A stretch of 64,000 bases of DNA from Octopus bimaculoides (GCF_001194135.2 NC_068990.1:61070470-61134469); one strand, 5' to 3'; shown: positions 13,100 through 26,472, numbered from the stretch's first letter. A program made the numbers and translations. The notes: generated by a model from the sequence alone, not told the origin.

Positions 13100-13455
13100 C
13101 ATGTATAGATATGTGTGTATGCATGCATGCCTGTATATATATTTGATGTATGTATGTATGTATGTATATTTAATGAATGTTCGTATGTATGAATATATGA
13201 TGTATGTATGTATATGTGATGTATGTATGTATGCATGTATGTATATATATGTGTGTATGTATTATGTATGTATGTAAGCATGCATGTGTGAGTGTTTGTA
13301 TGTACGTTTGTATGCATGCATGTATATATGATGTATGTATGTATGTATGCATGTACGTATGTATGCATGCATGCATGTATGTATGCATGTATGTATATAT
13401 GATGTATGTATGTATGTATGCATGTACGTATGTATGTATATATGATGTATGTAAG
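13100..13455. repeat. Degenerate (TATG/CATG)n microsatellite
   Basis: Direct reading; similar tracts at 45060-45350, 55215-55445, 60740-61000. Confidence 0.9.
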
Positions 13456-13570
13456 TCATTATTCAGTTTTATTTCAAGATTTCTTGCCAATAGAGAAAGA
13501 GTTGGTTTCTAACCTAGATCCAAGGCTCCTTCATTGCAATTTCAACATCAACAACAGGGTATTTCTGTTT
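13456..13570 (+). repeat. Short interspersed repeat family D (inverted copy at 44935-45050)
   Basis: ATTCAGTTTTATTTCAAGATTTCTTGC.AATAGAGAAAGA..GGTTTCTAACCTAGAT.CAAGG is shared; both copies sit next to CATA tracts. Confidence 0.8.
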
Positions 13571-13609
13571 GTATGCATGTATGTATGCATGTATATATGT
13601 ATATACATA

Positions 13610-14075
13610 TATGCAAAGCGCCGATCTCTAATTGTGGAGAGAACATGTGGAAGAGATAGACCCAGTAAGATGTAGGACAAGGTGGTGAAATATGATCTTC
13701 GTTTGTTGCATCCATGGGGACGAAGACAAGTGACTGAGAGTTCTGGTAATTTACTGACATTAAGAAGACATGCCCAGCTAAAAGAAATTGTGATCATGGT
13801 AAGTGCTACTGGTAACATGTAAAAGGCAACCGTGCTGGTAACACTTAAAAAGCACCGTTGCCAGTGACAAGTAAAAGATACCTCATACACTCTGTAGAGC
13901 AGTTGGCATTAGGAAGGGCACCCAACCATAGAAATCAAACCAATGCAGATGACTAGAGTGTGGTGCAACTCTCTGGCTTACCAAATCTGGTCAAACCATC
14001 TAACCCATGCCAGCATGGAAAATTGACGTTAAATAACGATGATGTTGATGATGGTGGTGGTGGTGGTTGTGGTGG
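13610..14075 (+). mobile_element. RTE-like LINE 3' end remnant continuing into the family C tail
   Basis: Translation RSLIVERTCGRDRPSKM*DKVVKYDLRLL resembles the GRPxKTWxxxVKxDL C-terminus of RTE ORFs; followed by GGCATTAGGAAGGGCACCCAACC and a GAT-like tail. Confidence 0.6.
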
Positions 14076-14704
14076 TGCTGGTGATGATGTTTACAAACAC
14101 ACAAACATACATGTATGCATAAATAGATTCACACACACACACACACATTGGTCAACTCAGAACTGTAGCAGAATACACTTTTCCATTCCTCTGACTATAA
14201 TTATTTAATTAGACTTTTTCATGAAGAGGAAATAGCTAACTGACTATTGTTTTATAATAAATGACATAGAAGTTATCCATCATTGAAAAACCTAATATCA
14301 TGTTGAATAATTACAAAATTAAAACAGAAAATGATCAAATCAAATACTACTGTTTTTTTTCCTTTATAAATTCTTTTCTGACAAAATCAGTTAAATTTGA
14401 TTTGTTTTTAGTACTTTTAATCATTTCTGTCTCTTTGGATTTCCTTGTTTCTCTTTGTCAGAGGAATATTAAAAATGATATTTCTGTGTGGGTATATAAA
14501 ATGTGGAGAAACTAAAGATGATATAGTGGGACTTTAACTCTGGTCACCTGAGGATACACATATATACAGCTATTATTGAATCATATTAATAGAATATTGC
14601 ATATAATTTTATCTAACATTCAGTAATTAACAGCAGATAATGAAGCATTGAAACAATTTCAGTAATTTGTAACAAAGCCTGTTCAATCCATATTCTCACA
14701 ATAA

Positions 14705-14738
<34 letters not shown>

Positions 14739-15111
14739 NNNNNNNNNNNNNNNNNNNNNNNNNNNNNNNNNNNNNNNNNNNNNNNNNNNNNNNNNNNNNN
14801 NNNNNNNNNNNNNNNNNNNNNNNNNNNNNNNNNNNNNNNNNNNNNNNNNNNNNNNNNNNNNNNNNNNNNNNNNNNNNNNNNNNNNNNNNNNNNNNNNNNN
14901 NNNNNNNNNNNNNNNNNNNNNNNNNNNNNNNNNNNNNNNNNNNNNNNNNNNNNNNNNNNNNNNNNNNNNNNNNNNNNNNNNNNNNNNNNNNNNNNNNNNN
15001 NNNNNNNNNNNNNNNNNNNNNNNNNNNNNNNNNNNNNNNNNNNNNNNNNNNNNNNNNNNNNNNNNNNNNNNNNNNNNNNNNNNNNNNNNNNNNNNNNNNN
15101 NNNNNNNNNNN

Positions 15112-15159
<48 letters not shown>

Positions 15160-15379
15160 CTAGCAGAGATACCCAGCATTGCTTGGGATTAAATTGGCAT
15201 AGATTTACCTTGAACTCTGGTGTGTATGTGCACTAAGTTTTAACATTCTATCTCACTTCCATTGTTTACAACAGTGTTTGGAAGGAAGGTGTGTAGCATG
15301 TCATCATTGCATTGACCATGACAGAGAAAGTTGTCATGGTGATATCTGCTCAGAAGGCAACATTAATTTGCAGAAAGTG

Positions 15380-15640
15380 TATGGATAGGTGAGTATGAGC
15401 TGCACACAAGCATATGAATGGTTCAGACGTTTCCAAGATGTCAATATTGGCAAAAGTTCTGGGAGACCTGCAACCAGCAGAACTGAGAAAAACATTGCAG
15501 ATATGTGTGCAGCTGTGAAGGGAAATCATCGAATCATCATCCATGAGTTATCAGTGGATGTGCAGATTAGTTACGGTTCAGTTCAGTACATTATCACTGA
15601 AGATTTAGGTATGAGATGTGTGTCTGCCAAGTTTGTGAAA
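15380..15640 (+). pseudogene. mariner transposase N-terminal (HTH) fragment
   Basis: YEWFRRFQ..SGRPATSRTEKNI..ISYGSVQYIITEDLGMRCVSAKFV matches the mariner WFxRF/SGRP/LGMRxVSAKFVP region. Confidence 0.85.
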
Positions 15641-17941
15641 CCGGTTAAAGCTTCAAACATTTTAATAAAAAATATTTTAACTATTCTTAGTGCATTTTCA
15701 ACTTCTATTTCCCCTCCCACACACACACATATACATGTGTGTGTGTATTTATGTATGCGCGTCTTTGTGTTGGTGTGTTTACATCCCTGTAATGTAGCAG
15801 TTCAGCAAAAGACACCAATAAAATAGCTACTAAGCTTACAAAGAAAAAGTCCTGGGGTACATTTCTTTGACTAAAAAAAACCCTTTTAGGCAGTGCTCCA
15901 GCATGGCTGCAGTCAAATGATTGAAAGAAGTAAAAGAATAAAACAATATATATGACAGCACCTGCACTCGGTTTTTATATACCAAATTCACTCATTGTTT
16001 TTAGGGCTATTGTAGGTGCCACTCAGTAGGACTGAATATGAGGCCCTGTGGTTGCAAAGTGAGCTTTTTAATCGGCAGCTTTGCCTGTGCTATGGTAAAA
16101 GAAATACAAAAAAAAAAAACAACAGAAAAACAGAAGAGAGAATAGAAATATAATTTTCTTGGTTTGATCAGAAGATCGGATGCCACAAGCACGATTTCAC
16201 AGCAATGCTACTATATAACAATATTTGGTTTCAGCCTTTAGCATAATTAATTAACAATTACAAGCTGTACTCAGTTACACTAATTCCATTATTAGATTTT
16301 TCTCTATTTTTAAAACTTTACTCAATATAGGAAATTATTTTTGTCTGTTTTAATTTTTCTTTCGTTAGTAGTGTCATTCTTGTGTCATTATTTTGTATCA
16401 TTAAGGCAGTGAGCTGGCAGAAACATTAGCACACCAGGCGAAACGCTTAGCGGTATTTCATCTATCTTTACGTTCAGAGTTCAAATTCCTCCGAGGTTGA
16501 CTTTGCCTTTCATCCTTTCAGGGTTGATAAATTAAGTACCAGTTACGCACTGGGGTCGATGTAATCGACTTAATCTCTTTGTCTGTCCTTGTTTGGGCAA
16601 TAAAGAAATAAGAAACGTTAGCACACCAGGCGAAACGCTTAGCGGTATTTTGTCTGTCTTTACATTCTGAGTTCAAATTTCACAGAGGTCGACTTTGCCT
16701 TTCATCTTTAGAGGTCAATAAATTAAGTACCAGCTGCATACTGGGGTCAATCTAATCGACTGGTCCCCTCTCCCAAAATTTCAGGCCTTGTGCCTTAGAG
16801 TAGAAAAGATTATTCTGTGTCATTATTTTTTTTTTGCATTTCATTAATTTCACTCATGGAATTGAGACAAACCTGAAGCACTGTCTTTGAGGGTTAGGGG
16901 TTATGACATTGCCTGGGGTATTCTAGCAGGTTCTAATTTCACTAACTGTGCAAGATATGAAATGCAAAGTGGACATTGACATGAATGGAGAAAACTCAAT
17001 TGAACCTCTTCCTTGTTTCAGTTATGTGACTGTGGCCAAATCCACTCACAAGGCTTTGGTCAGCCCAGAAGTATAGTAGAAGACACTTGTCCAAAGTGCC
17101 ATGCAGTGATACTGAACCCCAAACCATGTGGTTGAGAAGCAAGCTTCTTACCACACAACCACACCTGTGCCTATAGACACACACACACACATATGTATGT
17201 ATCTATGTGTGTGTGTGTATATATATTCTTTTATTCTTTTATTTGTTTCAGTGATTTGACTGCGGCCATGATGGAGCACCGCCTTTAGTCGAGCAAATCG
17301 ACCCCACGACTTATTCTTTGTAAGCCTAGTACTTATTCTATTGGTCTCCCTTGCCGAACCGCTAAGTTACAAGGACGTAAACACACCAGCATCGGTTGTC
17401 AAGCGATGTTGTGGGGGACAAACACAGACACACAAACATATACATACATACATACATACATACATACATACATACACATATATATATATATATACACATA
17501 CATACATAAATATATACATACATATATACATACATACATACATACTTACATACATACATGTGTATGTGTGTATCTATAGGCACAGGTGTGGTTGTGTGGT
17601 AAGAAGCTTATATATATATGTCTATATATATATGTATATATATATATATATATNNNNNNNNNNNNNNNNNNNNNNNNNNNNNNNNNNNNNNNNNNNNNNN
17701 NNNNNNNNNNNNNNNNNNNNNNNNNNNNNNNNNNNNNNNNNNNNNNNNNNNNNNNNNNNNNNNNNNNNNNNNNNNNNNNNNNNNNNNNNNNNNNNNNNNN
17801 NNNNNNNNNNNNNNNNNNNNNNNNNNNNNNNNNNNNNNNNNNNNNNNNNNNNNNNNNNNNNNNNNNNNNNNNNNNNNNNNNNNNNNNNNNNNNNNNNNNN
17901 NNNNNNNNNNNNNNATATTATTCTTAAACAAGAATATTATT

Positions 17942-17988
17942 GACACTGACTTGAAAGTTTTGGCCAGTTAAGCCATCGTCAGACAGTC
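17942..17988 (-). ncRNA. Type I hammerhead ribozyme motif (degenerate), inside a 45-bp-arm inverted repeat (17916-17960 / 18010-18054)
   Basis: Minus strand: GACTGT-CTGACGA-TGGC TTAACTG GCC-AAAAC-TTTCAA-GTC-AGTGTC. G12 is mutated to A and stem I pairs 4/6. Confidence 0.65.
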
Positions 17989-18194
17989 CAGTGATGACTT
18001 AAATAGATGAAACTTTCAAGTCAGTGTCAATAATATTCTTTTTTAAGAATAATAAAATTGTATTCACAAAAGCATTGAGTAACCCATTTGTTTTTATTAT
18101 AACTACACACAAAAAAAAAAATTAACACACACACAAGCGCACGTGCACACACATGCGTGCACATACACACACATGCATTTTCTTTCCCCTCTCC

Positions 18195-18276
<82 letters not shown>

Positions 18277-18564
18277 GGGAAAGAAAATGGGGTTTTAAAC
18301 AGTTTCTATCTACCAGTTTTCACTCACTGAGAAAGGTATTTGTTATCCTGAAGAATATGATAGAATGTTTTTGCCCAAAGCACTGCTTAGTATGATTGAA
18401 CCTGAAATCACATGGTTACAAAGCAAACTTTTTACCTACACAACTATACATAGAATATGTAATGCTCTTGAGATGTTTTGTCATGCTAACTCCAATTTAC
18501 TTCTTTCACGATTAAAATTCATGCCATGAATATAAATGTAACTATATATATGTATTCACACACA

Positions 18565-18612
<48 letters not shown>

Positions 18613-18750
18613 NNNNNNNNNNNNNNNNNNNNNNNNNNNNNNNNNNNNNNNNNNNNNNNNNNNNNNNNNNNNNNNNNNNNNNNNNNNNNNNNNNNNNNNN
18701 NNNNNNNNNNNNNNNNNNNNNNNNNNNNNNNNNNNNNNNNNNNNNNNNNN

Positions 18751-18793
<43 letters not shown>

Positions 18794-20303
18794 GTATATA
18801 TTAAAATAAACATAGAGGAATATTTTCACTTTCTAGTGAAAATTCATAAAAGAATTACTGAATTACAGAACTATAATAATCCTTCAACAATTCCCAATTT
18901 GGTTATGAGAGTTGTGAGATTAAATATATTATCATTTTATAATCTGGTGACATGAATATATTCTTTCTATTACGAAATGAAGAAATAGATTTAAATATTT
19001 ACATTATTTGTGAAAGAATGGTGCTATTTCAGTTGTTAACATTCTGGTCATAAAAACAAAAACTTTCTCTTCTGTTTCTGGTTTGGGGAACTGATAAACA
19101 ATTCTGTATCATTCCTGATGAACTATTAGATATTCTTATATACTTGCCATTGTATGAATTTCTATGTTTGTCTAAAATGGTACAGCATGGCATGTCATTG
19201 GTTATGCCGATGAGAGTTCCAGTTGATTTGATCAGCAGAACAGCCTGCTCATGAAATTAATGTGCAGGTGGCTGAGCACTCCACAGACACATGTGCCCTT
19301 AATATAGTTATCAGGGAGATTTAGCCTGACACAGAATGTGACAAGGTTGGTCCATTGAGTTACTTGTATTATTCATTTTTGTCAGCTGATTGGCCTGGAG
19401 CAACATGAAATAAAGCGTCTTGCTCAAGGACCCAATGTATCACTGGAAATTGAACTCAGGACCTTACAACCATGATCCAAATGCCCTAACCTATAAGTCA
19501 TGCACCCTCATGGTGCAACATAAACATTAAATAAAAGGAACCAATATAACTGAAGTAATTAGCAACAGAAAGTTGCAGGTTTCACAGAAAATCTTAGTAT
19601 TTAAATGGCCCTCCATAGACTACACGATATCTGTATTTATTATCATTGTAAATCGATATGTTTTGATCCAAGCATGGTTGTGTGGTCAAGAAACTTACTT
19701 TTTAACCATATGGTATTGGGTTCAGTCCCAGTGCATGACACTTTGAGTTTGAGTTGTCTAATGCTTTATGAGTAACCATGGTACACTGTGTAGAATCTGG
19801 AAACTTTGTGGAAGCTTGTCATGTGTGTGTGTGTCTGTATGTGTTGTATCTGTGTTTGTCCTCCACACACCATTTGACAACCGATGTTGCTTTGTTTTCA
19901 TTTCTGTACCTTAGAGGTTCTTCAAAAAGTAAGCACCAGAATAAGTACTACACTTTAAAAATATGTACTAGGGATGATTTGCTTGACTAAAACCCTTCAA
20001 GGCGGTGTACCAGCATGGCCATAGTCCAACAAGTAAAACAAACAGTGAAAGAAAAACTAACATGGCACATTGTATCTCTGGTGTCCACAGATTATTCACT
20101 GATCCTTAGAAAATAAATACCTTTGGTAGATTATTAACCTCATCTTTAGGATATAAACTTATACCATGAAATTATATTGTCTCATCTCTTTTCATCATCT
20201 GGTATCAGTATAGATATTCTAGTGGCTTACTGAGAAATTTATCATTTAGCAATAAATACCCTGTGTGAACCCTGCATAGGACAATCAGCATATTCAGGAA
20301 TAA

Positions 20304-20353
20304 AACACTTGATGATTACAGGTAGAACCTGCTGAAACAGTGCAGATAGTGTT
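20304..20353 (+). ncRNA. Degenerate hammerhead-like motif
   Basis: AACACT-TGATGA-..CAGG TAGAA CCTG..-GAAAC-AGTGCA-GAT-AGTGTT. Stem I is 6/6; core C3 is missing and the cleavage triplet is non-canonical. Confidence 0.45.
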
Positions 20354-20712
20354 AATTGCTGATAGGGACATGGTATTTTGTTTTGCAACTGTAATATTTT
20401 TCTATCTTTGATTGCATTATTTACATAAACCTATTCTTCTATATATCATAACTTTCATTCCTGGCTCTAGATTCTAGGAAAAAATGTGTAGAATTAAAAA
20501 ACATGAAAATAAAAATGAAAACAATGCACTGCTCACACAAAAGTAGGACACAGTATTGACTTATACACTTTTAACATACTTCATAGTAAATTATGGCTGC
20601 AAAATAAAATATGGAGCCCCTGCCAGCAACTAATATGTACATCCAGCTTATGCCAGCATAAAAGAAGGATATTAAATGATGGTGATGTACCAATTTCCAG
20701 GATTATGTTTAA

Positions 20713-21017
20713 CCCATTATCTCCCATAATTCTATTAACTGGAATTTTTTTTTATGAAACTTTGATTTCTAGCATAAAACAGCCTTAGAAACATGTTGGA
20801 ATGATCAAAATAACATTTCAAAATAACATTTCAAAATAACATTTTAAATAGAAATAAGCGAGATATTGGGTGAAAAATTAGCAAACCTCATTTGAATATC
20901 AGAGAAATATACCTAGTAGATATAGCAAAAAGGTTAGATATGTGTAAATATTGACAGATAATTACAAAATTTGTAATTTTTAAGTGATCTCATATGAGAT
21001 CACTGGTAGGTAATGGG
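20713..21017. mobile_element. piggyBac-type MITE
   Basis: TTAA|CCCATTATC..GGTAATGGG|TTAA (TTAA at 20709-20712 and 21018-21021). Confidence 0.75.
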
Positions 21018-21607
21018 TTAATATAGAAATTGGCCTATCCAATTGTGGTACATCACTAAACTTAATGACTATTTAAGCAATGTGTTTGTGGATGGTTAAT
21101 GGGGTAGATGTTGTACTGAAGAAGGAGCTATAACTTTTGAAATATTCATATACACCCATTACCTGTTTTTCTATCTTTGATCCTGTTGTTAGTATCGAAT
21201 GGCCCTCCACTCACTGCACAGCCTACACAACATCTATATCTATTATCATTGGAAGTTTGCATCATTTTAGGTTCTGACATGGCCAAGTGGTTAAGCAGCT
21301 TGCTTTTAAACCATTTGGTATTAGGTTCAGTCCTACTGCATGGTGCAGGCATGGCTATGTACTCAAGAAGCTTGCTTGGCAACCATGTAGTATTGAACTC
21401 AGCACTCATCTCATAGTCTTATTTGCAGCATTACTATTAATTATTCTAATTAGTCAGTTCATCAAGGAGAAGAACACAAATATCACAGTCAACAGAATGA
21501 ACGTCTTACAGGCCTGTGTAAACATCAGATAATAAAATATGACAGTAAAATATAGATGTAGTATTCTTCACAGTAGTATTACATTTCTTTCCTCTTTGCT
21601 ACTTTAG

Positions 21608-21730
21608 AGCAATGCTGCAAATCAACTGAGAACGAGAGTTATCAAAGAAGAACACTTTATCCTTGTGGGTGAAAAATCTGCTGCAAGCTTCTCCCAGTGA
21701 CACATGTAATTGATCAGCCATACCAAATAT
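21608..21730 (+). other. Candidate 123-nt exon with strong splice signals; stops in all frames (one frame has a single in-frame TGA)
   Basis: tttcctctttgctactttAG acceptor and AT|GTAAGT donor at 21731. Confidence 0.4.
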
Positions 21731-22390
21731 GTAAGTGCTAAGACAAATATACAAAATTAACTGTCAGCTTTCATTTGTCATGAGACCTATTGGAGTATAG
21801 AACAGGTTGTGCAACTAAAATTTTGAAAGAGTGGTTTAGGTAGTACAAAAGATAATTTTGAAGTAGTGCAGTACACAGAGATCTAGGAATGTGTGAGGGA
21901 ACACACACATCACTGGATGATCAAAACTTTTCTGACAGGCATGGCTATGAGGTTAAGAGGTTTGCTTTGCAGCCAACAGGGTTTTGGGTTCAGTCCCACC
22001 ATATAGCACATTGTGCATGTGTCTTCTACTATGGTTTCAAGTCAGCTAAAACCTTGTGATTAAGATTTGGTTGATTAAAAGCTGAGACAACTCCAGTTGC
22101 CTTGCACACAAAGCATTGTTTATTTAGTGTCATCCAATCAATGAACATGATTCTATCATGTGATGTTTTTCATTCCCACATCACTTATTATTTAAGCTTA
22201 CATCAGTTCATCCAAGGGGTCACTTTATAGACTCTACCAGGTGATGTTAGATATACACTGATTCATTGTTGTGGATTTCCTCATTTCCACTTAGTGCACT
22301 AACTATTGTACAGACGGTTCATTTTGCTTCATAGACAACTGAAGTTACTGTTCACTATTTTGCACTTTGGATTGGAATTGTTGCAATGTT

Positions 22391-22830
22391 TTCTTCATTC
22401 ATTTATAAAATTATTATCTGAGCAAAATATCATTATTTATCTTACGTTATAACAGAAACTATGTAGATGCCCGTTAGAGGAATTAAATGTGCTACCCTAC
22501 TTGGGGTTGAAGACTTAATCCATCATCCAGTTTAACACCAACAACTGATGAAAGTTCAAATGAGGCTGAGGGACTGAAAAAACAAAAATTATTTCCAGAT
22601 ATTTTTTTGGAGGAACTGGGCTGTTTTCTTCATTCATTTATAAAGTTATTATCTGAGCACAATATCATTATTTATCTTATGTTATAACAGAAATTATGTA
22701 GATGCCTGTTAGAGGAATTAAGTGTGCTACCCTGACTTGGGGTTGAAAAAGTTCAAATGAGGCTGAGGGACTGAAACAAAAAATAAAACAATTATTTCCA
22801 GATATTTTCTTTGGGAGGAACTGGGCTGTT
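22391..22830. repeat. ~235-bp tandem duplication spanning the 5' junction of the gypsy remnant
   Basis: 22391-22625 vs 22627-22830 (TTCTTCATTCATTTATAAA..GGAGGAACTGGGCTGTT); the second unit has an internal deletion. Confidence 0.9.
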
Positions 22831-24360
22831 GCATGAAAACAAAGTGCAACACCTGTATTTAAGCTAAAACAAAATGTACCATTTGTGGTAATAGACCAGG
22901 TAAACAAGGAACTTGAAAGCCTAAGAATAGGGCAACATTTATGGTCAACATAAAAAAGAAAAATGACAAGTTAAGAGTTTGTACAGATTTTTCAACAGGT
23001 TTGAATGATTGCTTAATCTCACATAACTACCCATTACCGAGTCCTGAAGAAGTGCTTGCAAGACTGAATGAATGGAAATTCTTCTCAAAATCAGACCTCT
23101 CAGAGGCATATCTACAAATCCAAGAACAACATTTATTAACCATTAATACACACCGTGGCTTATTTAAATTTAAGCGGCTTCCCTTCAGTGTAAAAGTGGC
23201 TCCTTCCATATTTCAGCAATAATGGATACAATGCTGGGTGACTGTGATTCTGCTATCACCTATTTAGATGATATTATAATAAAAAGTGAATCACATGAAC
23301 AACGTGTAGAACATGCTAAAAGGGTATTCAAGAAGATTAGAGAATAGGGTGTCGAGTTAACAGAAGAAAAATGCGAGTTCTTTATTAAAAATAAATAAAT
23401 ACTTGGGCCAGATAATAGATAAAAACGGATGGAAAGCAGATCCATTCGGAACAACTGCAATAAAAAAAATATGCCCACACCAAATAAAGTGACTATCCTA
23501 CAAGCATCCTTGGGTTTACTAAATTATTATCAAATTTACATTCCCAATATACATAGAGTAAGGCCCCACTCAATGATCTGTTAAAAAAAAATACAAAATG
23601 GTGTTGGACTGATAAGTACCAGAAGGCATTTGATGAGTTTCTCTAAATGGCCAGAAATTTGTAAGTGCAAAAAACCAACCTCCTCAACTGTGACAGATGT
23701 TTTACATGAGCTGTTTGCAAGATTTGGCATCCCAGATGTGACAATGGAATGCAATTTGTGTCCTTTTGAATTTAAAAAGTTCTGTAAAATGTTCGCTGTA
23801 AACCATGTAACTATGGTGCCATACCATCCCAGGTCTAACAGACAAGCAAAAGGCTTTGTTGACACATTCAAAAGAGCCTTAAGAAAGTCAACTGAGGAAG
23901 TCATGGATGAGGTAGCTCTACAGCAGTTCTTAAGAGTATACCGTGTCACACCAAATCCATATACACCAGCAGGTATGTGAGGAAAATAACATCAGTCTTC
24001 AACAAATTGCTACTGGGCAAAAATTTAAGATTTTTCAAAATTGGTGAAAAGGTTTTTGTGAGGCCATATAAGAATGGAAAGCAAAGTTGGGAAGATGACA
24101 AGATTACCAAAAGCATAGGAAAAATGCTATACTAGGTAAAAAGTAGAAAAGGTATATACAAGAGACACATGAACCAACTGGAAAAAAAAATTCATTGAGA
24201 GCAAACCCAAGAGAATGGAAGAACCAATGAAATGGTTATACGATATTTTTCAAGTACCAACGCCACTACAGGTGACTGAACCTAGGTGCACAACCTTAAG
24301 AAAAAAATGTATGGAGTTCTTGGAAGTGGATGTCCAATGGAAAACATATTTAATGTGTAA
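22780..24360 (+). pseudogene. Ty3/gypsy pol remnant (RT + integrase core, internally deleted)
   Basis: RT: LRVCTDFSTGLN..YPLP..DLSEAYLQ..RLPF..APSIFQ..YLDDIII. Integrase: SKWPE..FARFGIP..PYHPRSN..FVDTFKRAL. Stops and frameshifts present. Confidence 0.95.
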
Positions 24361-24472
24361 CTAAGAAGAAAAAACTCAAAAAAGAGAGGTGGGATGATAT
24401 AAAAATATTGCTATTAAAAGAAATAAAATGACACTCCTTAAGAAAAAAAAAGAAAAAACTTAAAAGTGGAGA

Positions 24473-24678
24473 TGTTGTGGGGATAATAATAACAATGGTA
24501 CATCCCTCCCACATGATGAGTAGTATGTGATAGTCACTATAGATAAGGTGATGTCAGTCAGTATAAACAGAGAGTACATGGTAGATGGTCATAGATAGTC
24601 GTGGTCTTACTTATCTTACTAACTACCCTGCTCTACCAGAGTGGGTGTTATAACAATCCAGCATTAAGGATTACAACA
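24473..24678 (+). mobile_element. 3' LTR of the gypsy element (206 bp) preceded by a polypurine tract
   Basis: Purine-rich AAAAGTGGAGA (24462-24472), then TGTTGT..ACAACA termini (TG..CA, 6-bp inverted repeat). Confidence 0.8.
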
Positions 24679-26422
24679 TAAACCAAAAATAGACGCTGAA
24701 ACTGCAATAATTGGCTTTATGCACTTAGAGATTTCATTAGTTTTGAGACAGATTTGCTGTGTGTGAAGATGAGAAAATTAATGTAATGCACTGTTCTCAG
24801 TGTTTTACTAACTCCAGTCATTGGCAGTGAAACTCTATTAGTCTTGTTAGTCAAGCAATGTACAGATTTGCTATTGGTTCATAAATTATGGAATATCAAG
24901 CAATATTTGCTTTTATGTCTACTTTTTGAGATTAACTCAGCCAGATTGAGCAGATCTATGATCAAAATTTTCCAGACATGACCATTTGAGGAGTTTGCCA
25001 AGGATAGCATTAATCCAATCTGTTATTTCCTGAGTTAAGATGGTTAGGTATGGTTTAAAGAAGATTTGGCTGATACTACTTGTTGGTTGAATGACCATGT
25101 ATAAACTCCATTGATGATCTAACCTAATTAGTGGAATAATGGATAATGTATTGGTTTGATGATTTAATTATATGTGTTAATTATCTGGTTGGTATTACTT
25201 GGTAGGCATCCAGTGAAATGTTTCTGAAGTTAATTCCACAGAAATTTCTGATGGAGAGGGAAAAGTCTAACATTCTAAATGCTTGAATTAGAGTCTCCCT
25301 TAACTTACCAGACTTCTGGTCTTTAAATATGAAATTTACTTTACAGCATATTAAGTACATAAAATAAATCGCTATTGTTTTCTTCAATGAGTATCCAGTT
25401 ATTCAATCAACTGAACTGCTTGCTCATTCAAGTAGACATATGTTTTTTAGTGGTTAGGATGTTGGACTCACAATTATAAGACTGGTTTCAATTCCTGGAC
25501 TGGGTGATGCATTGTGTTCCTGAGCAAAAAACACTTCACTTCACGTTGCTCCAGTCCACTCAGTTGTAGAAATGAGTACCACTAGTGGATGCATGTCACT
25601 TAGTGGCTAGGGTGTTGGATTCACAACTGTAAGATTGTGATTTCAATCCCTGGACTGGGCAATCCGATGTAGTCTTGAGCAAAACACTTCATTTCACATT
25701 GCTCAAGTTCACTCAGTTCTAGAAATGTGTTTAGCCTGGGAAGAAATGGGCTCTGCCAGGTTTTCTTGCCCTAGATATGCTGCATAGCTGCAGAGCCCCA
25801 AAGACCCTCAAGGGGTTAAATGACTTATCAGTCAATTGTCCTTTTGCATAAATCTTGGCAGAATCAGTGTACTATAGCGTGATGAGACCAGACTTTCAAA
25901 TTACAGGTACAATCCATTCAATGGGTTTCTGAACAGTTTCCATCTACTCAATTTCACTCACAATGCTTAAGTTGACCCAGAGCAAAAAACCAGGTGCCAC
26001 CTGAGATCTCATGATAACGGAGCTAACCTATTAACCTATTAACCATTCAATCATGCTGCATAAACATAATATTCACAAATCTCATTTCCATCAGAACTAT
26101 CCACGTTAACATTTACTGGTTTGTCATCAGGTTTCTTTACCAAAGTCAATTTACCTTGAAACTGAAGAGTTTTTTTGAGGGGTGGAATTACTTATAATTT
26201 CACATGTATTTTGCTGATTGTGGTGAGTATTTCTAAATTCCTCACATTTTCAAAAACAAACATAGAAATTGTCAAGAATATCAAACTTCATGAATTTACA
26301 TAACTTTTTTTAATAATGTTCTTAAACCAGTCTTATCACAGTATGCTGTTTGTCTCCTGCTAAAGTCATCCCAGATTTGTTTATGGTAAAAGCCAATTTT
26401 ACTTTTTGTCTTGTTTATGCAG

Positions 26423-26472
26423 ATGAATCAAATGTTTGTCTGGATGTTTTCCAGATGGGCTTTCAAAGTTAT
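26423..26472 (+). other. Candidate 50-nt exon (unassigned)
   Basis: tttactttttgtcttgtttatgcAG acceptor and AT|GTAAGT donor. Open frames: ESNVCLDVFQMGFQSY or MNQMFVWMFSRWAFKV. Confidence 0.45.
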
